The notes: generated by a model not told the origin, from the letters alone. Shown: positions 1 to 12,970, numbered from the stretch's first letter. The stretch is 64,000 nucleotides of DNA from Eledone cirrhosa (GCA_964016885.1 OZ024740.1:56668001-56732000), one strand, 5' to 3'. Numbers and translations: made by a program.

Positions 1-111
1 GTCATAGTAACTAAGGGGCAACGCCATGCTCCCAAGAACCCCAGAATTCCCGAATTCGATCTTTATCACCGGAAGCAGTTTAGTGTCATTCCCAGGATAC
101 ACATACATACA

Positions 112-508
112 TATGCCTGTGATTATTGGGGCACTGGAATATGTTAATAACTGCTTCAATACAAATCTTGAAAAGCTGGGCTTCACAGAAACAGAAAGAA
201 CACGACTATTTAGGAAACTACAAGTACAATCCATTAATTGAACAGTAAAAATATGTAAAACATTCCAAAAAGTATGCATCTAATAACTGCATGTACACAT
301 GTACAGATACAAAGCATATGCGCACATACAACTCAAGACATCCACATCTACACCTAAAATAACATCCATACCTGCACACACATGCATGCAGACATGCAGA
401 CATATCTACCTAGTTGATGTGTAAATTCTAATGGGAGAGTCCTGTATCTATGTTAGAAACCGACTCTCTCTATTGGCAAAAATTTGTGAAATTATAAAAC
501 CAGAAGAA
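112..508 (+). mobile_element. 5'-truncated R4/Dong-type non-LTR retrotransposon, 3' end (family A)
   Basis: Near-identical to the 3' end of 2776-4789 (MPVIIGAL...LQVQSIN plus 3' UTR ending attataaaaccagaagaa), flanked on both sides by (TACA)n. Confidence 0.88.
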
Positions 509-568
509 CATACATACATACATACATACATACATACATACATACATACATACATACATACATACATA

Positions 569-2707
569 AAAAAATTACCGCCCAATTGCCTGCCAAAACA
601 TCATGTATAAATTATATACTGGGTGCCTTAACCTGTTCTTACAGGATCACTGTGCTACCAACAACATCATAACACCTGAGCAAGCTGGTGGAAAGAGGGA
701 GGTGTGGGGTTGCATAGATCACCTACTAACTAACAAAATGATTCAGGAAAAAACAACAAAGAATCGCATAAACATGACTGTGGTGTAGCTGGACTATCAA
801 AAAGCATTTGATAGTGTACATCATGGGTGGGATTATTAAGGCTTTACAGTTAGCTAAAGTCCCACAACCATTGGTAGCTGCTGTTGAACGCCTGACTAAG
901 AACTGGTACACCAATTTGATCCTTAGAGGTGAGAAGGAGCAGGTTAAGACTGATAAGATACATTACCAGAAGGGCATCTTTCAGGGTGATAGCTTGTCAG
1001 TGCTACTCTTCGTTCTCTCACTGAATCTACTATCTTACCTACTGAGGAAACAAGGTGGACAAAGAAGTGGGCCCAGAAGTATCTCCCATCTTTTCTTTGT
1101 TGATGACCTGAAGTTGTATGGGCCAAATATCAATGACATCAAGAAACAATTGGACCTCATTACACAATTTTCAACCAACATCAAAATGAAATTTGGTGAG
1201 TCCAAGTGTGCATATTTGGCAGTAAAACGTGGAAGAGCTGTGCCCTCCTCTAGAAATCTAGATATGAACAGCCTGACAATACAACCTCTGCAGTCAGGTG
1301 ACAACTACAGATATCTTGGACAGGATGAGAATGTCAGATATGATGGACCCATAAATAAGGAGAGAACCAGAACTGAATACCTCAGAAGAGTAAAGAAAAT
1401 ATGGTCATCAGAACTGTCAGCATACAACAAATACATTGCCCACAACACTTATGCTGTGCCAATTCTAACGCCAACATTTGGCCTGCTGAACTGGTCATTG
1501 AAAGAACTAAGTGAGATGGATGTTAGAACTCGAAAACTTCTCAGTGTTACTGGGAACTTTAACATCAATGGTGATGTGGATAGGCTATACTTCTCACGCA
1601 AGGAAGGTGGCCGGGGTCTAAAATCAATATTAACAACATATGAGACCCGGATAGTAACACTGAAGCAACACCTTCAACAGAGGAAAAAGGTTGGCAACCA
1701 TCTTGCCCAGGTTTATGAGCATGAAAAAAAAATATCATTAGAATAGCGACTGATCTGGAGGAGAGATATGGAATAAAGCCTGATATAAATCTCTCACCCA
1801 GAGAAATCGGAAGATCCTATTCAATGTTCAAACAAGATAAAAAAATTGACCAATTTACAGAAAAAGTTGTGCATGGATACTTGAGGCGTAAAACACAGAC
1901 CATAGAGGGGATAAACCACTCAAAAAGCTTGGCATGGAATTCCGACAAGTTTATGACATCACACCTTGGGGGATATCTCTATGCAATACAGGAACAAGAA
2001 CTCCCTACCAAATATCTGCTGCACAAAAGAGGAGGGCCAGCAGCTGACAATAAATGTAGGCTATGTAAAACAAAGATCGAGGATGTAAGCCACATTGTTG
2101 CCAGCTGCGAAAGAATGTCATCTCGCTACTACCTCCCCATGAGACACGATGGGATAGCTAGAACCATCTGGAACGCACTTCCGAAAACAAAATTAACAAC
2201 AAATGAGGAAGAATATATTGAGACAGATGGCACTAAGGAATACTGGTGGAACCTGAAAATAAAAACTGCCACCAAATTAAAGCACAACCGGCCTGATATT
2301 GTTGTTTGGGACCACACATTGAAAACGTGTTCTGTTGTGGAGATCAGCTGCCCACTTGATGTAAACGTTGTCAGAAAAATACAGGAGAAGGAGGACATCT
2401 ACGGACCATTGATGAGGAGTTTACAAATCCAGTATCCAAGATACACCTTTAGCTTCATACACATCATTATTGGTGCTACGGGTTATATACCAACCCGCTT
2501 GGACCAAAGTATGACTGAACTTGGATTTGCGGACAAAAAGCGCAGTTCCTAATTCATAGTCTACAAATGACTGCGATAGCTGGCACCTTCAAAATTTGCA
2601 AAACATTATTGCGATTCAAGGGATGACAATTTCTTTTCTTTTACAACCTTGCCACCAGGAAGGTGGCCGGTCAAAAAAATATACTCGAAATTAAGAGAAA
2701 GAGAAAA
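569..2707 (+). mobile_element. 5'-truncated, frameshifted R4/Dong-type non-LTR retrotransposon (family B): RT plus restriction-like endonuclease
   Basis: NYRPIAC, PEQAG, GIFQGDSLS, HLFFVDDLKLY, RLY..RKEGGRGL, CRLC..H..C zinc knuckle, RHD, RPDIV, EISCP. Bounded by (TACA)n at 509-568 and 2708-2775. Confidence 0.92.
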
Positions 2708-2775
2708 CATACATACATACATACATACATACATACATACATACATACATACATACATACATACATACATACATA

Positions 2776-4789
2776 GCTGTCTTCTTCTTGGGCTACTATC
2801 CTAAGGTTAAAGACAGAGAGGGAGGACTCTATTTTCACTGATAAAATAAAATATTGCAGGGGTATATTTCAAAGAGACAGTCTCTCTGTGATATTATTCA
2901 TCTTGTCATTAAACCCCTTGTCCTTTCTGCTCAAGAAATGTGAGGGATACATCATTGGCTCACAGGAGGACAGAAATACGAACCTAACCCATAATTTCTT
3001 TGTGGACGATCTGAAACTCTATGCCAAGAACATGGATGGGATGAAGAAAAATCTTGACCTGGTTACAACGTTCTCAAAGGATATAGGAATGGAGTTTGGC
3101 CAAGAAAAATGCTCATACATGACTGTAAAGCGGAGAAGAACAACAACCCAATCTAGCAACATTGTCATCAATGGCCTAACTGTTTCACCGATATCTGATG
3201 AGGACTGCTACAGATACCTGGGGATAGATGAGAACATATCCTATAATGGTATCTGTAATAAAGAACGCGTAACCAGGGAATACTACACCCGATTAAGAAA
3301 GATCTGGTCATCGGAACTCTCTGCGCAAAACAAAACAGTGGTTCACAATGTGTTTGCTGTGCCTGTCCTAACACCAACGTTTGGAATACTCAATTGGACG
3401 ATAGACGAAATCCAAGCAGTTGATGTTGGAACTCGAAAAATACTGAACAAAACCGGAAACTTCCACATCAACAGTGACATAGACCGCTTTTACTTGAAAC
3501 GTAAGCAGGGAGGCAGAGGCCTAACATCAGTCCAGACAACATTTGAATGTCGCATCATATCTCTCCGACAACATCTACGAACGTCGAAGCGTAGGAGCCC
3601 GTTTCTCGAGCAAATCTATCTGCATGAAACAGATAAGATCATGAGAGTTGGGAAGTAACTCCTCGAGAGATATTCCCTGTGTGATAATCAAAAATTCACA
3701 CCCAGGGATGTCGCTCAGCAGTATCGCAGTGAATCCATGAATGAAAAACTGCATGCCTATCAGCAAAAAATCATGCATGGATATGTTGCCAGGAAGCTCC
3801 AGAGTGAGAGTAATATAGATAAGGAAAGAAGTCTTATCTTGGACCAACAACCGCTATATTGGCTCTCACTTTGAAGGATACGCTTTTGCAATCCAGGAAC
3901 AGGAGATTAACACGAAATACCTGATTCACAAAAGAGATAGGGATGCAGGCAAAACACCTAGATGTGATAACAAGTGCAGACTCTGCAGAACTAACATCGA
4001 GGATATCACCCATGTCATCAGCAGCTGTCCAAAGATGTCATCGCGGTACTATCTACCTATGAGGCATGATGTAGTGGCCAAACACTGTACAATGCAGTCC
4101 GTAGAAAAGATAGCCCCGATTATAAACATTAAAAGCTACAGAAATGTGGAAGACATCCATGTACATAATATGAAAGAGTACTGGTGGAATGTTCCAGTAA
4201 AAACCCCAATAAAATGCAGGCATAACAGACCAGATATTATGATATGGGACAGGGAGAAGAAAGCATGCACAATAGTGGAAATTAGCTGCCCAGCAGATGC
4301 CAATATAATATCGAGGATTAGTAAAAAGGAGAATATTTATGCAGAACTGATAAGAAATCTGCAGATACTCCGCCCTGATTACACCTTCAGATTTATGCCT
4401 GTGATTATTGGGGCACTGGGATATGTTAGTAACTGCCTCAATACAAATCTTGAGAATCTAGGCTTCACAGGAACAGAAAGAACACAACTAGTTAGGAAAC
4501 TACAAGTACAATCCATTAACGGAACAGTGAAAATATGTAAAACATTCCAAAAATGTTGCATCTAATAACTGCATATACACATGTACAGATACAAAGTATA
4601 TGCACATGCACACATACAACTCAAAACATCCACATCCACACATACAATAACAACCATATATACACATGCATGCATACATACATATCTACCTAGTTGATGT
4701 TGTGTAAATCCCAATGAGAGTCTTGTGTCTATGTTAGAAACCGACTCTCTCTATTAGTAAAACTTTTTGAAATTATAAAACCGAAAGAA
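2776..4789 (+). mobile_element. 5'-truncated R4/Dong-type non-LTR retrotransposon (family A): RT plus restriction-like endonuclease, with stops and frameshifts
   Basis: HNFFVDDLKLY, RKQGGRGL, CRLC, MSSRYYLPMRHD, HNRPDIM, EISCP. The 3' UTR differs from family B. (TACA)n on both sides. Confidence 0.92.
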
Positions 4790-4818
4790 CATACATACAT
4801 ACATACATATATACATAC

Positions 4819-4869
4819 ATGATGGCTGCCCCCTCATTATTGAGTATGGGAATTGCGCGAGGAAAAAAA

Positions 4870-4902
<33 letters not shown>

Positions 4903-5690
4903 TACATACATACATATATATACATACATATACATATACATACACATATATTAATAACAATAATAATAATAATAACAACAATAATAATGACGACAACAAC
5001 AACAATAATAATATACATATACATATATATATACACACACACGCACACACATAAACATCTATACACACACACACACGATAGCAACTAACAACGCTGCGAT
5101 CGAATGTGGCTTTTTAGCCCAGCCAATGATCTAAAATGTCTTGCACAGAGTCGGCAACCAAAACATTCACTGGGAATAGCCGGCTGTGGTTGGAGTTCAT
5201 GTACTTTTGCATGTCGCTTGAGCCCTCCTGCTGATTTACATTCTCTACCACATGTTTGGCAAGCATGATGAGTAGCATCTCCAACAGCAGCCTGGTAGTC
5301 AACCACTGGTCTTACTTTATGACTGCGAAGATGACTTTCGAGTCGAGCTTTGCTTAGGCAGAGTCTCGACAGACGCTGCATGTCAGTACCATAGGAGGAC
5401 CCTCGCCGTCTGGAAGTGCAACAGCAATTCCCTTCCTCACATCCCGCTTTACTTTCGCGTATGCGATTCTAGATGCCTCAAAGGCAACTTTTCCCTCATA
5501 TACAGTCTTTCTCCATTTATTAAGATCAGCAGCAATATTTTCCCATGTATCAGCAGATATGTTAGCGTCTTTCAAAGAGGCTTTCAAGGAATCCTTATAC
5601 CTCTTTTTTGGTTTATGTGGCGGTCGTTTTCCTTTAACTAACTCTCCATAAAAGAGTTGTTTTGGTATTCTACAATCCTTCATCCTGGAG
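4819..5690 (-). mobile_element. 3' fragment of an RTE-clade LINE with three C-terminal C2H2 zinc fingers; 3' UTR interrupted by microsatellites
   Basis: RIPKQLFYGEL..GKR....PKKRYKD.LK...WE..A.D...WR is the typical RTE ORF C-terminus. CSVC..HLRSH, CQTC..HAKVH and CRLC..HIRS follow. The terminus catactc...gagggggcagccatc runs into (ATGT)n. Confidence 0.82.
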
Positions 5691-6629
5691 TCGACTATTG
5701 ATTATTCCACGATTTGTGGTTTATCATTCCTCTGCCTCCTACTACTACTCTCAGATACGCTGCAATAAAGACGTAGCCATTGGTCTTTTCTCTCCCATTA
5801 AGCTATTAGAATTACGTTTTTCAACTAATTATATACACGACACCTGACTGTATTTTATTTCATATACGGAATGCTCCCACGGGGTATTTTCCTCTGTTAT
5901 AATATTGATATAAAACATGGTGTACTCAGTTAATATTTCATTACGTTTTTGTTGTCTCATGGCTGCACGAGAAATAGTTTTACATTATATCACATCATTC
6001 TTATAAAGGTAATCATATAAGGTGACTTCCAACATTTCTCAGAAGACATCTAATAGTTATTAATGAATTCTCATATAGGAAACATGTCTCATTTCAACTT
6101 CTGGAATCAAATATTTCTGCAGTTTGATAGCCAACATTGTTTTAACATTCACGTCGACTAGGGATGAATTGGCAGAATCTTCAGAACGTATACATTTCAG
6201 CTCACTCCGAATTCAACATTGCCTTGCAGCATTCTGGATCCGATAGATAAAATATCAGCCTTTGGAAATATACCGAATAAACAATAGAGCATTACACGGT
6301 GCATTGCGTTCTGAGATCAAACCTGCCATGTCTCAGTTGTATAGTAGAGTTAATCCGTCACCTGCTTTAAAATATCACTTGGCATCTGGATGCCTTTAGT
6401 GAACTCGATACTGCTGTTAGCATTGAGTCAGCTCTTTAGTACTAGGTTACATCCCTCCTGCCTCGGAGGTCCTGAAAAATAAATGATTCTGCCCCATCTC
6501 ATGACTAAGCGATAAACAAAATACTGAATTTAATTGTGTAAATCTACTCTGGTATTCCAATTAGTTCTATATCGTTAAAAATGACAGATCTTTTTATATA
6601 ATCCCATATGTATTTTATATTATTTCTAG

Positions 6630-6763
<134 letters not shown>

Positions 6764-7254
6764 CAAAAACACTGACAGATAGATAGATAAATAGATAGAT
6801 GATTTATGAAAACAAAGACGGGTAGTCAGAGGGAGCCCTCCGAGTTACAGATAAGCACCTCTCAGCCATTTAAACTTATAGAAAAGCACTCAGTGGGGAT
6901 CGCAAAGAAATTTTTTTTCCGAGCATTTGTTTATGTGTTATCAACTAATCTAACCTACGACATGCTCGCAATTGGCTTCTTTTCCGAAAACGGAATTGGG
7001 GGAAACCTCGGATTTTACCAACCTCGGAGATTTCTTTAGTGGAATAACAGAGGCTGCTGGGAGTAGTAGGGACTTATCAGCCGTTTAAATTTATAGAAAT
7101 GCAATATCTTGATACCGAAGGATATTTTGATCCTGCATCATTTTCTTTGTGGAAAGCACTGTAAACTTAATTAATCAAATATTCCCCAATTTCGGAATCC
7201 AGTATTCCAACGGGTAATGGCTGTGTGAAAAAGCAATCCTTTCCCCCCCAAACA

Positions 7255-7990
7255 CCACAGTTAATGCTGTCAACAAAAATCTCACTTAAATGATCCCTGG
7301 AAGTAGCCACACCTATACATCTATCGACAAAGTTGTTGACATGGATGAAACTGTTCATTATCCCGTTGAATTTCTGAACAGTCTGGAACCATCCGGTATG
7401 CTGCTACACAAGCATGAATTGAGGAAGGGTACGGAAACTTGGATCAGCAATGATTGTGAAATGGGACGCGTATGATTGTGACTGAGCTACAGCCTCACAT
7501 TATCGAAGCCAAAATCGTTACTGGATGTGGTAACGGAAACATCGTATTTATACTTATAATACCGCTAATACCAACAGATGTCCCTTTTCCTTTCAAACGA
7601 TTGCAATTCCAGTAAGAGTCAGTTACGCAATGTCCATTAGCAAGTCCCAAGGTCAAATACAGCAGGTTGACTGTCTCCGTCTAGAAAAGGGCTGTTTCTC
7701 ACACGGTCAATTGTATGTAGGTTGTTCTAGATAGGAAGCCCCACAAACTTAATGTTCTCTAAATTATTTATAATTTACATAAAATATATATTTTTTATTA
7801 TTTTCTTTATTACCTTCTGTATTTAGATATTATAAATACATTTTTAAAATTATTTTATTTAATATTTAACTACTTTTTAACATGTTTTATTTCAAGGAAA
7901 ATGGACATTATGATAGTTGCCAATAGGTGAATTATAAATAGATTTGAGCCCAGTGCAGACCGTGGTGAAGGTAAGGAGGCTGATAGTATA
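7255..7990 (+). mobile_element. Decayed Helitron 3' fragment (PIF1-like helicase C-terminus)
   Basis: [50 protein letters not shown] spread across several frameshifts. The 3' boundary is approximate. Confidence 0.8.
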
Positions 7991-8030
7991 TTTGAAATGT
8001 AGGCGTTCTAATGCAAATAACTATAATTGT

Positions 8031-8663
8031 TTCTACTTTTGGCACAAGGCCAGCAATTACCCCAGTGCATTACTGGGGCTTTATTTTATCAACCCCATAA
8101 GGATGAACGGCAAAGTTAACCTCGGCGGGATTTGAACTCAGAACGTAAATGGCCATAACTCTATGCTGCAAAGCAATGTGTCAATGCTCTAACGACACTG
8201 CCAATCCACCATGACAATAATCAACGCAAATGACTAAAATGATTTCTAGTATAGGCACAAGGCCAGTCATTTTGGGGGAAGAGAAAGTCGATTAAATCGA
8301 CCTCAGTACGTTACTGGTGCTTTATTTTATCGAACCCGTAATAATGAAAGGCAAAGCTAACCTCGGCGGGATTTGAACTCAGAACGTAAAGAGCCATAAC
8401 TCTATGCTGCAAAGCATGGTGTCTGACGCTCTAACAATACTGCCAATTCACCGTGACTATAATCAACGCAAATGATTATAATTGTTTCTACGTTAGGCAC
8501 AAGGCCAGCAATTACCCAGTGCATTACTGGTACTTTATTTTATCAACCCTGTAAGAATGAAAGGCAAAGTTAACCTTGGCGGGATTTGAACTCAGAATGG
8601 CAAGGGTCGTAACTATATACGTCAAAGCATGGCGTCCGACCCTCTACCGATACAGCCAATCCA
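8031..8663 (-). mobile_element. Three head-to-tail copies of a tRNA-derived SINE
   Basis: Units at about 8031-8210, 8244-8452 and 8486-8663 share ggcacaaggccag...ggcaaag.taacctcggcgggatttgaactcagaa. The minus strand has a B-box (gagttcaaatcc) and an A-box-like tggcag...gttag. Confidence 0.85.
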
Positions 8664-9117
8664 CTGACAGTCGTTCACTAAATTTGGTAAAGTACATCTG
8701 GAGACGGAAAAAAGTGGACTGAGGGGCTAAATTTTCCAATTTCTTCTATAGTAAATTAGACCTTTATGTACAGAGACCAACAGAAATATATTTATATTCA
8801 TAATATATATAATTTTATATAGGTATGAATAATTATGTATGTACGTATATAACAAAAAACTACATATTTTTATGATGTGTTCTTACGTTTGCGTCTTTTT
8901 TAGTTAAATACTTTACACTTACTTGGAACATTTTGAAGACAACCATAAAACCATTATAAGCAAATGATTGAAACATCTGGGATCAACAGACGAAGCCTCA
9001 ATATCTCATGTATCGTTGCTTGCATTAAACATAATTTCTTGTCGTCCTTCTGTCTTTGCGTCTCTCGTCTTTTATTAATAACTGCATTTTTAAGGCTTTT
9101 CTCGTAGATTTTAGCGC

Positions 9118-9285
9118 CTACCAATGGGAGTAAGTTTCGTCGGAACTCATATCAGTTGCTCCAGGACTAAATAGTTGGTACCAGCCAACTGTATGCTTGC
9201 TCAAATCCAAATTTTCTAATTTCACCACGATCTCTCCAAGGCATACTTTTTTGTCAAACGTTTTCTGTTTTTCCCAAACGTTAAT
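9118..9285 (-). CDS. RIM-family protein last coding exon, end of C2B and stop
   Basis: tcttacag acceptor, 168 nt phase 0: INVWEKQKTFDKKVCLGEIVVKLENLDLSKHTVGWYQLFSPGATDMSSDETYSHW* (L..LDLS....GWY.LF). A candidate AATAAA lies on the minus strand at 9071-9076. Confidence 0.92.
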   Translation of the reverse strand: MNVWEKQKTFDKKVCLGEIVVKLENLDLSKHTVGWYQLFSPGATDMSSDETYSHW

Positions 9286-9883
9286 CTGTAAGAAAAATAT
9301 ATTGAATTATATATTATATTTTACTAGTAATTCTGTTTAGTAATTCTAATAATTCTGTTTAGTAATTATTGGTACTTAAATTATAATATGAACTCTGCAA
9401 TTAACAAAGCGTTCTATTCAGTACTCTAAATACTAATTTTCAGTATCTGTTTTTTTTACAAACTTATTTAAGATTATTATTTACTAATACATTTTTCAAA
9501 TATAACCTTAAGATTCCTAATTAAAATGTGTGCGTGTCTGTGTGTTACTGTTGTTGCATGGGATTTGGAAGTGATGTTATATTTGGCAGGAGTAGCTGTT
9601 CATGTAAAGTTTACAAGGTTCCACCACTATCATCACGACCACCAGCTACTGTTAGTAGTCATTTTTTCGGCTAGGACAACTGGAACGATGTACGCCAACT
9701 GGTACGAGAATAGAGCACAGGGCATTGCAACCAGCACTTTAAACAGTAGACTGCGTTTCTAAAATATATTTCCATAAAATATTATATTTACATAGACGAA
9801 ATTAATTAGTAAAAGACATAAACGGCTTGGTTTCATGTATTAAGGATTCTTACACAACTGAAATATTTTTGCTAAATTGTTAC

Positions 9884-10026
9884 CTTTAAATACCTCCCAA
9901 GAGCATTACAGGCAGAATATTTTATCTTCTCTCTGTAAGCTGGATTTACGCCTTCTTTGTTCACACTAGTTTTCTTCTTCTGCATTGTTTTGTTTCCTTG
10001 CATCAGATATGTCTTCACATAGGTTT
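9884..10026 (-). CDS. RIM-family protein exon, mid C2B
   Basis: tttgaaag acceptor, gtaaca donor, 143 nt, phase 1->0: ETYVKTYLMQGNKTMQKKKTSVNKEGVNPAYREKIKYSACNALGRYLK (YVK.YL and polybasic KKKT). Confidence 0.92.
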
Positions 10027-10204
10027 CTTTCAAATAAAAAAAGAGTGCGTTAAATGTTATTAGAAATAGATTCTGCTATAGATTAAGGTATGGATGGCTG
10101 AATAAACGGATAGAGAAAACTTTGTTCATATAAACCTCCAAAGCAAATAATAAGGAATTCCCAAATATCTACAACTTAATTACTACAACACAGTGGGAAT
10201 ATTT

Positions 10205-10510
10205 ACAGATATTTATTCAGCCTACGATGCAGGCAGAGATAAAATACACACACGCTCTCTCTCTATATATATATATATATGTATATATATACAATAGATA
10301 TGTTATGTAAATATATATTTATACACATGTGTGTGTGTGTGTGTGTGTAAATATATATTTACATAACATATCTATTGTATATATATACACATATATATAT
10401 ATAGAGAGAGAGAGCGTGTGTGTATTTTATCTCTGCCTGCATCCTAAAACCGTTCGTCTGAGTGAAATCATGAGCAGAAACCGTAGAAGCTCACGGTCGA
10501 ATATTTTCAT

Positions 10511-10609
<99 letters not shown>

Positions 10610-10722
10610 GTGTGCATGTGTGTGCGTGGGGGGGGGCGTGCGTGTGTGTGCGGTGCGTGTATGTGTTTGTGTATGTTTGTATCTTATTTCTGCCTGCATC
10701 TTAGGCTGAATAAATCTCTACA
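10205..10722. repeat. Foldback/inverted-repeat relic (about 105-bp arms 10225-10330 and 10340-10445, third inverted copy about 10677-10722), probable Penelope-like terminal hairpin
   Basis: gatgcaggcagagataaaatacacacacgctctctc... and its reverse complement are directly visible, embedded in (TA)n/(TG)n. The Penelope assignment is inference. Confidence 0.7.
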
Positions 10723-11835
10723 TTGTATATATATATGGAGATGTGGGGTTTTTGTGTGTATACGTGTGTGTGTGACTGTGAGCGTATTAACAGTTTAACT
10801 TATCATGCATTACCATTAGTTTTGTATGCGCAAACTAATACGTCTAACGAATCAGATACACCAGGAAAGACTTGCGGGAGTGAAAAATATGGCTAACATT
10901 AGGGATATGTTCTTTTAAGAAACTGGGTGAATTTAACAGATCGATGACAACGGATTTTGTTCTTTGTGCTACGTGGGTAGGATGGCAACCCAACGGCTCC
11001 AATAGGTCTAACACGTGTGGATGATGAAAGTTGAGTAATAGCAGATAGCAGATAATTGAGAATTGTTACTTTCCTTCATGACAAGATTGACAGCGTCATC
11101 AATGTACATGTTAGTGAGCGTGTGTTTGTTGGTTGTTAACAGCGGTAATGCAATGATAGTAGAGGCTGTATACACTGCATGTGAACGTGCATATTAGAAA
11201 ATATAGATAAGTTGTTATGAACGGAATATAGGGGCCAATGATTTGAAATTACTTAATAGGAAATTTGTTGATGCCAATAAATCTACCGGGCTTTCTGTTA
11301 ATGTATATCACAGGTTGCTGCGTTATGAGGAGGCAAGGTTGGCAATTGCGAGCTGCAGGTCAGCAGGGAGGTACACTGTCAAAGTTTCATCGTGTGATGT
11401 TAAAGAATTCTCCAATGAAGGGATGGATATGTGGGGGTTTCCCCGTTTTTTCACCTTTTGAATCTCTTTTTAGCATCATTGATTTGGGGGTGCCCACGTA
11501 GTTGCTTGTGATAACATCTATTGGTGTGAGGATAACTCTATAGACCACAGACATTTAGGGAGAGAATCCCCCTTAGACATTTAGCGGGGCTTTAGAAGTT
11601 GCAAGTTAATGCGTTGGGTGGTGTCTGTATAGATGTGTTTTGCTGTTGTAGCATATACTATACGAAGCAATGTTATCTACGTAGAAGTTAAGCTTAATAT
11701 TATGTAATTGATATATGTATAGTACTTATGAGTGTTTCGGAACTGCTGTATAATTAGAGATAAGTAGCTACATCTAGATTGAATTCAAAATTGAACCAGA
11801 TTGCATTCCCTTTCCAATTAATTGGTGACACATTG

Positions 11836-11871
<36 letters not shown>

Positions 11872-11879
<8 letters not shown>

Positions 11880-11990
11880 TAACAGATTAAAGTTTAAGCA
11901 AAGAATCGCTGCTTTCACCCTTAACGGGATCTTCTGAAACTATATATATATATTTATCCTTATCGAGCCCTCTTTGGATTTTAGTCTTCA

Positions 11991-11998
<8 letters not shown>
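11872..11998. repeat. Dispersed repeat, second copy at 44825-45022
   Basis: attaaaataacagattaaagt..aagcaaagaatcgctgctttcacc and tccttatcgagccctct.tggattttagtcttca recur, rearranged, at 44825-45022. Confidence 0.75.
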
Positions 11999-12087
<89 letters not shown>

Positions 12088-12296
12088 CATATAATTCTAA
12101 CAACATCGAAATAAATGCGAAACATCTACAAAATAGATTTAAAATATATTTTTTAAATTCTTTCACACGAAAGATTTTGGAGAATAAAGAAATATTTAAT
12201 GGTTCTGAAAACTAAAGCTCAATTCACAGTGCAATAACCGAAATGAATTGCTACATTCTGATAATAGAAATAAATGAATTAGTTTATTCATCTAAC

Positions 12297-12410
12297 CTTG
12301 TGGTGTAGATTTGTCTGGTCTCGATAAACCCTGAGCTGTGATTACACTGATTTCTAATTGACCTTTCGTAACTATGAAGCCGAGTTTCATGCATCCTTTT
12401 GTTTCATCAC
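12297..12410 (-). CDS. RIM-family protein exon, start of C2B
   Basis: tttctgtag acceptor, gttaga donor, 114 nt, phase 1->1: GDETKGCMKLGFIVTKGQLEISVITAQGLSRPDKSTPQ (RIM C2B KGQLE..VI.A.GL). Confidence 0.92.
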
Positions 12411-12789
12411 CTACAGAAATAAAAAAAATCGATATAGAATTTGATAACTATATTTAATGTGTAACTAAGTGGATAACAGGGTATATTACAAATTCATTTT
12501 GATATCTATTTAGTGTCAATACACGTCTATAAAAGTTATTTAGTGTTAAATACAGTAATCAAATTAAAAAATAATAGTTAGACAATAAGAAAATGAATAC
12601 TATAAGAAAGTATAATTTAAACATAAATAAAACACACCAAGGAAATGATGTACCATGTTAATTCTTCAGACATTTTGACTTTATAAATTGGTTCCAATTA
12701 TCTAAACATTCCATTACATGGTCATCGTAAGTATTTAATTCAATATACTTAGGCAGAAACATCGTTGGATAGAATATATAATAATTATT

Positions 12790-12970
12790 TCTACTTTTGG
12801 CAGAAGGTCAGCAATTATCCCAGTGCATTAATGGTGCTTTATTTTATCGACCCCTTATGGACGAAAGGTAAAGTTAACCTCGTCGGGATTTGAACTCAGA
12901 CCGTAAAGAGGCGTAACTCTCTGCCGAAAAGCATGTCATCCGACTCCCTACCAATACTGCGAATCCACCT
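12790..12970 (-). mobile_element. tRNA-derived SINE copy
   Basis: Same family as 8031-8663. Confidence 0.8.

Noticed and set aside
5085-5381. Host C2H2 zinc-finger gene
   Set aside because: Contiguous with an RTE LINE C-terminus and tail; no splice structure.
6360-6472. Possible extra minus-strand exon after a tttttcag acceptor
   Set aside because: All three frames stop within 15 codons and it lies downstream of the gene's stop codon.
7290-7745. Host PIF1 helicase gene
   Set aside because: Intronless, frameshifted C-terminal fragment typical of a Helitron.
10870-11790. Possible decayed retroelement coding remnant
   Set aside because: The composition is suggestive but I could not read any diagnostic motif, so it is left unannotated.
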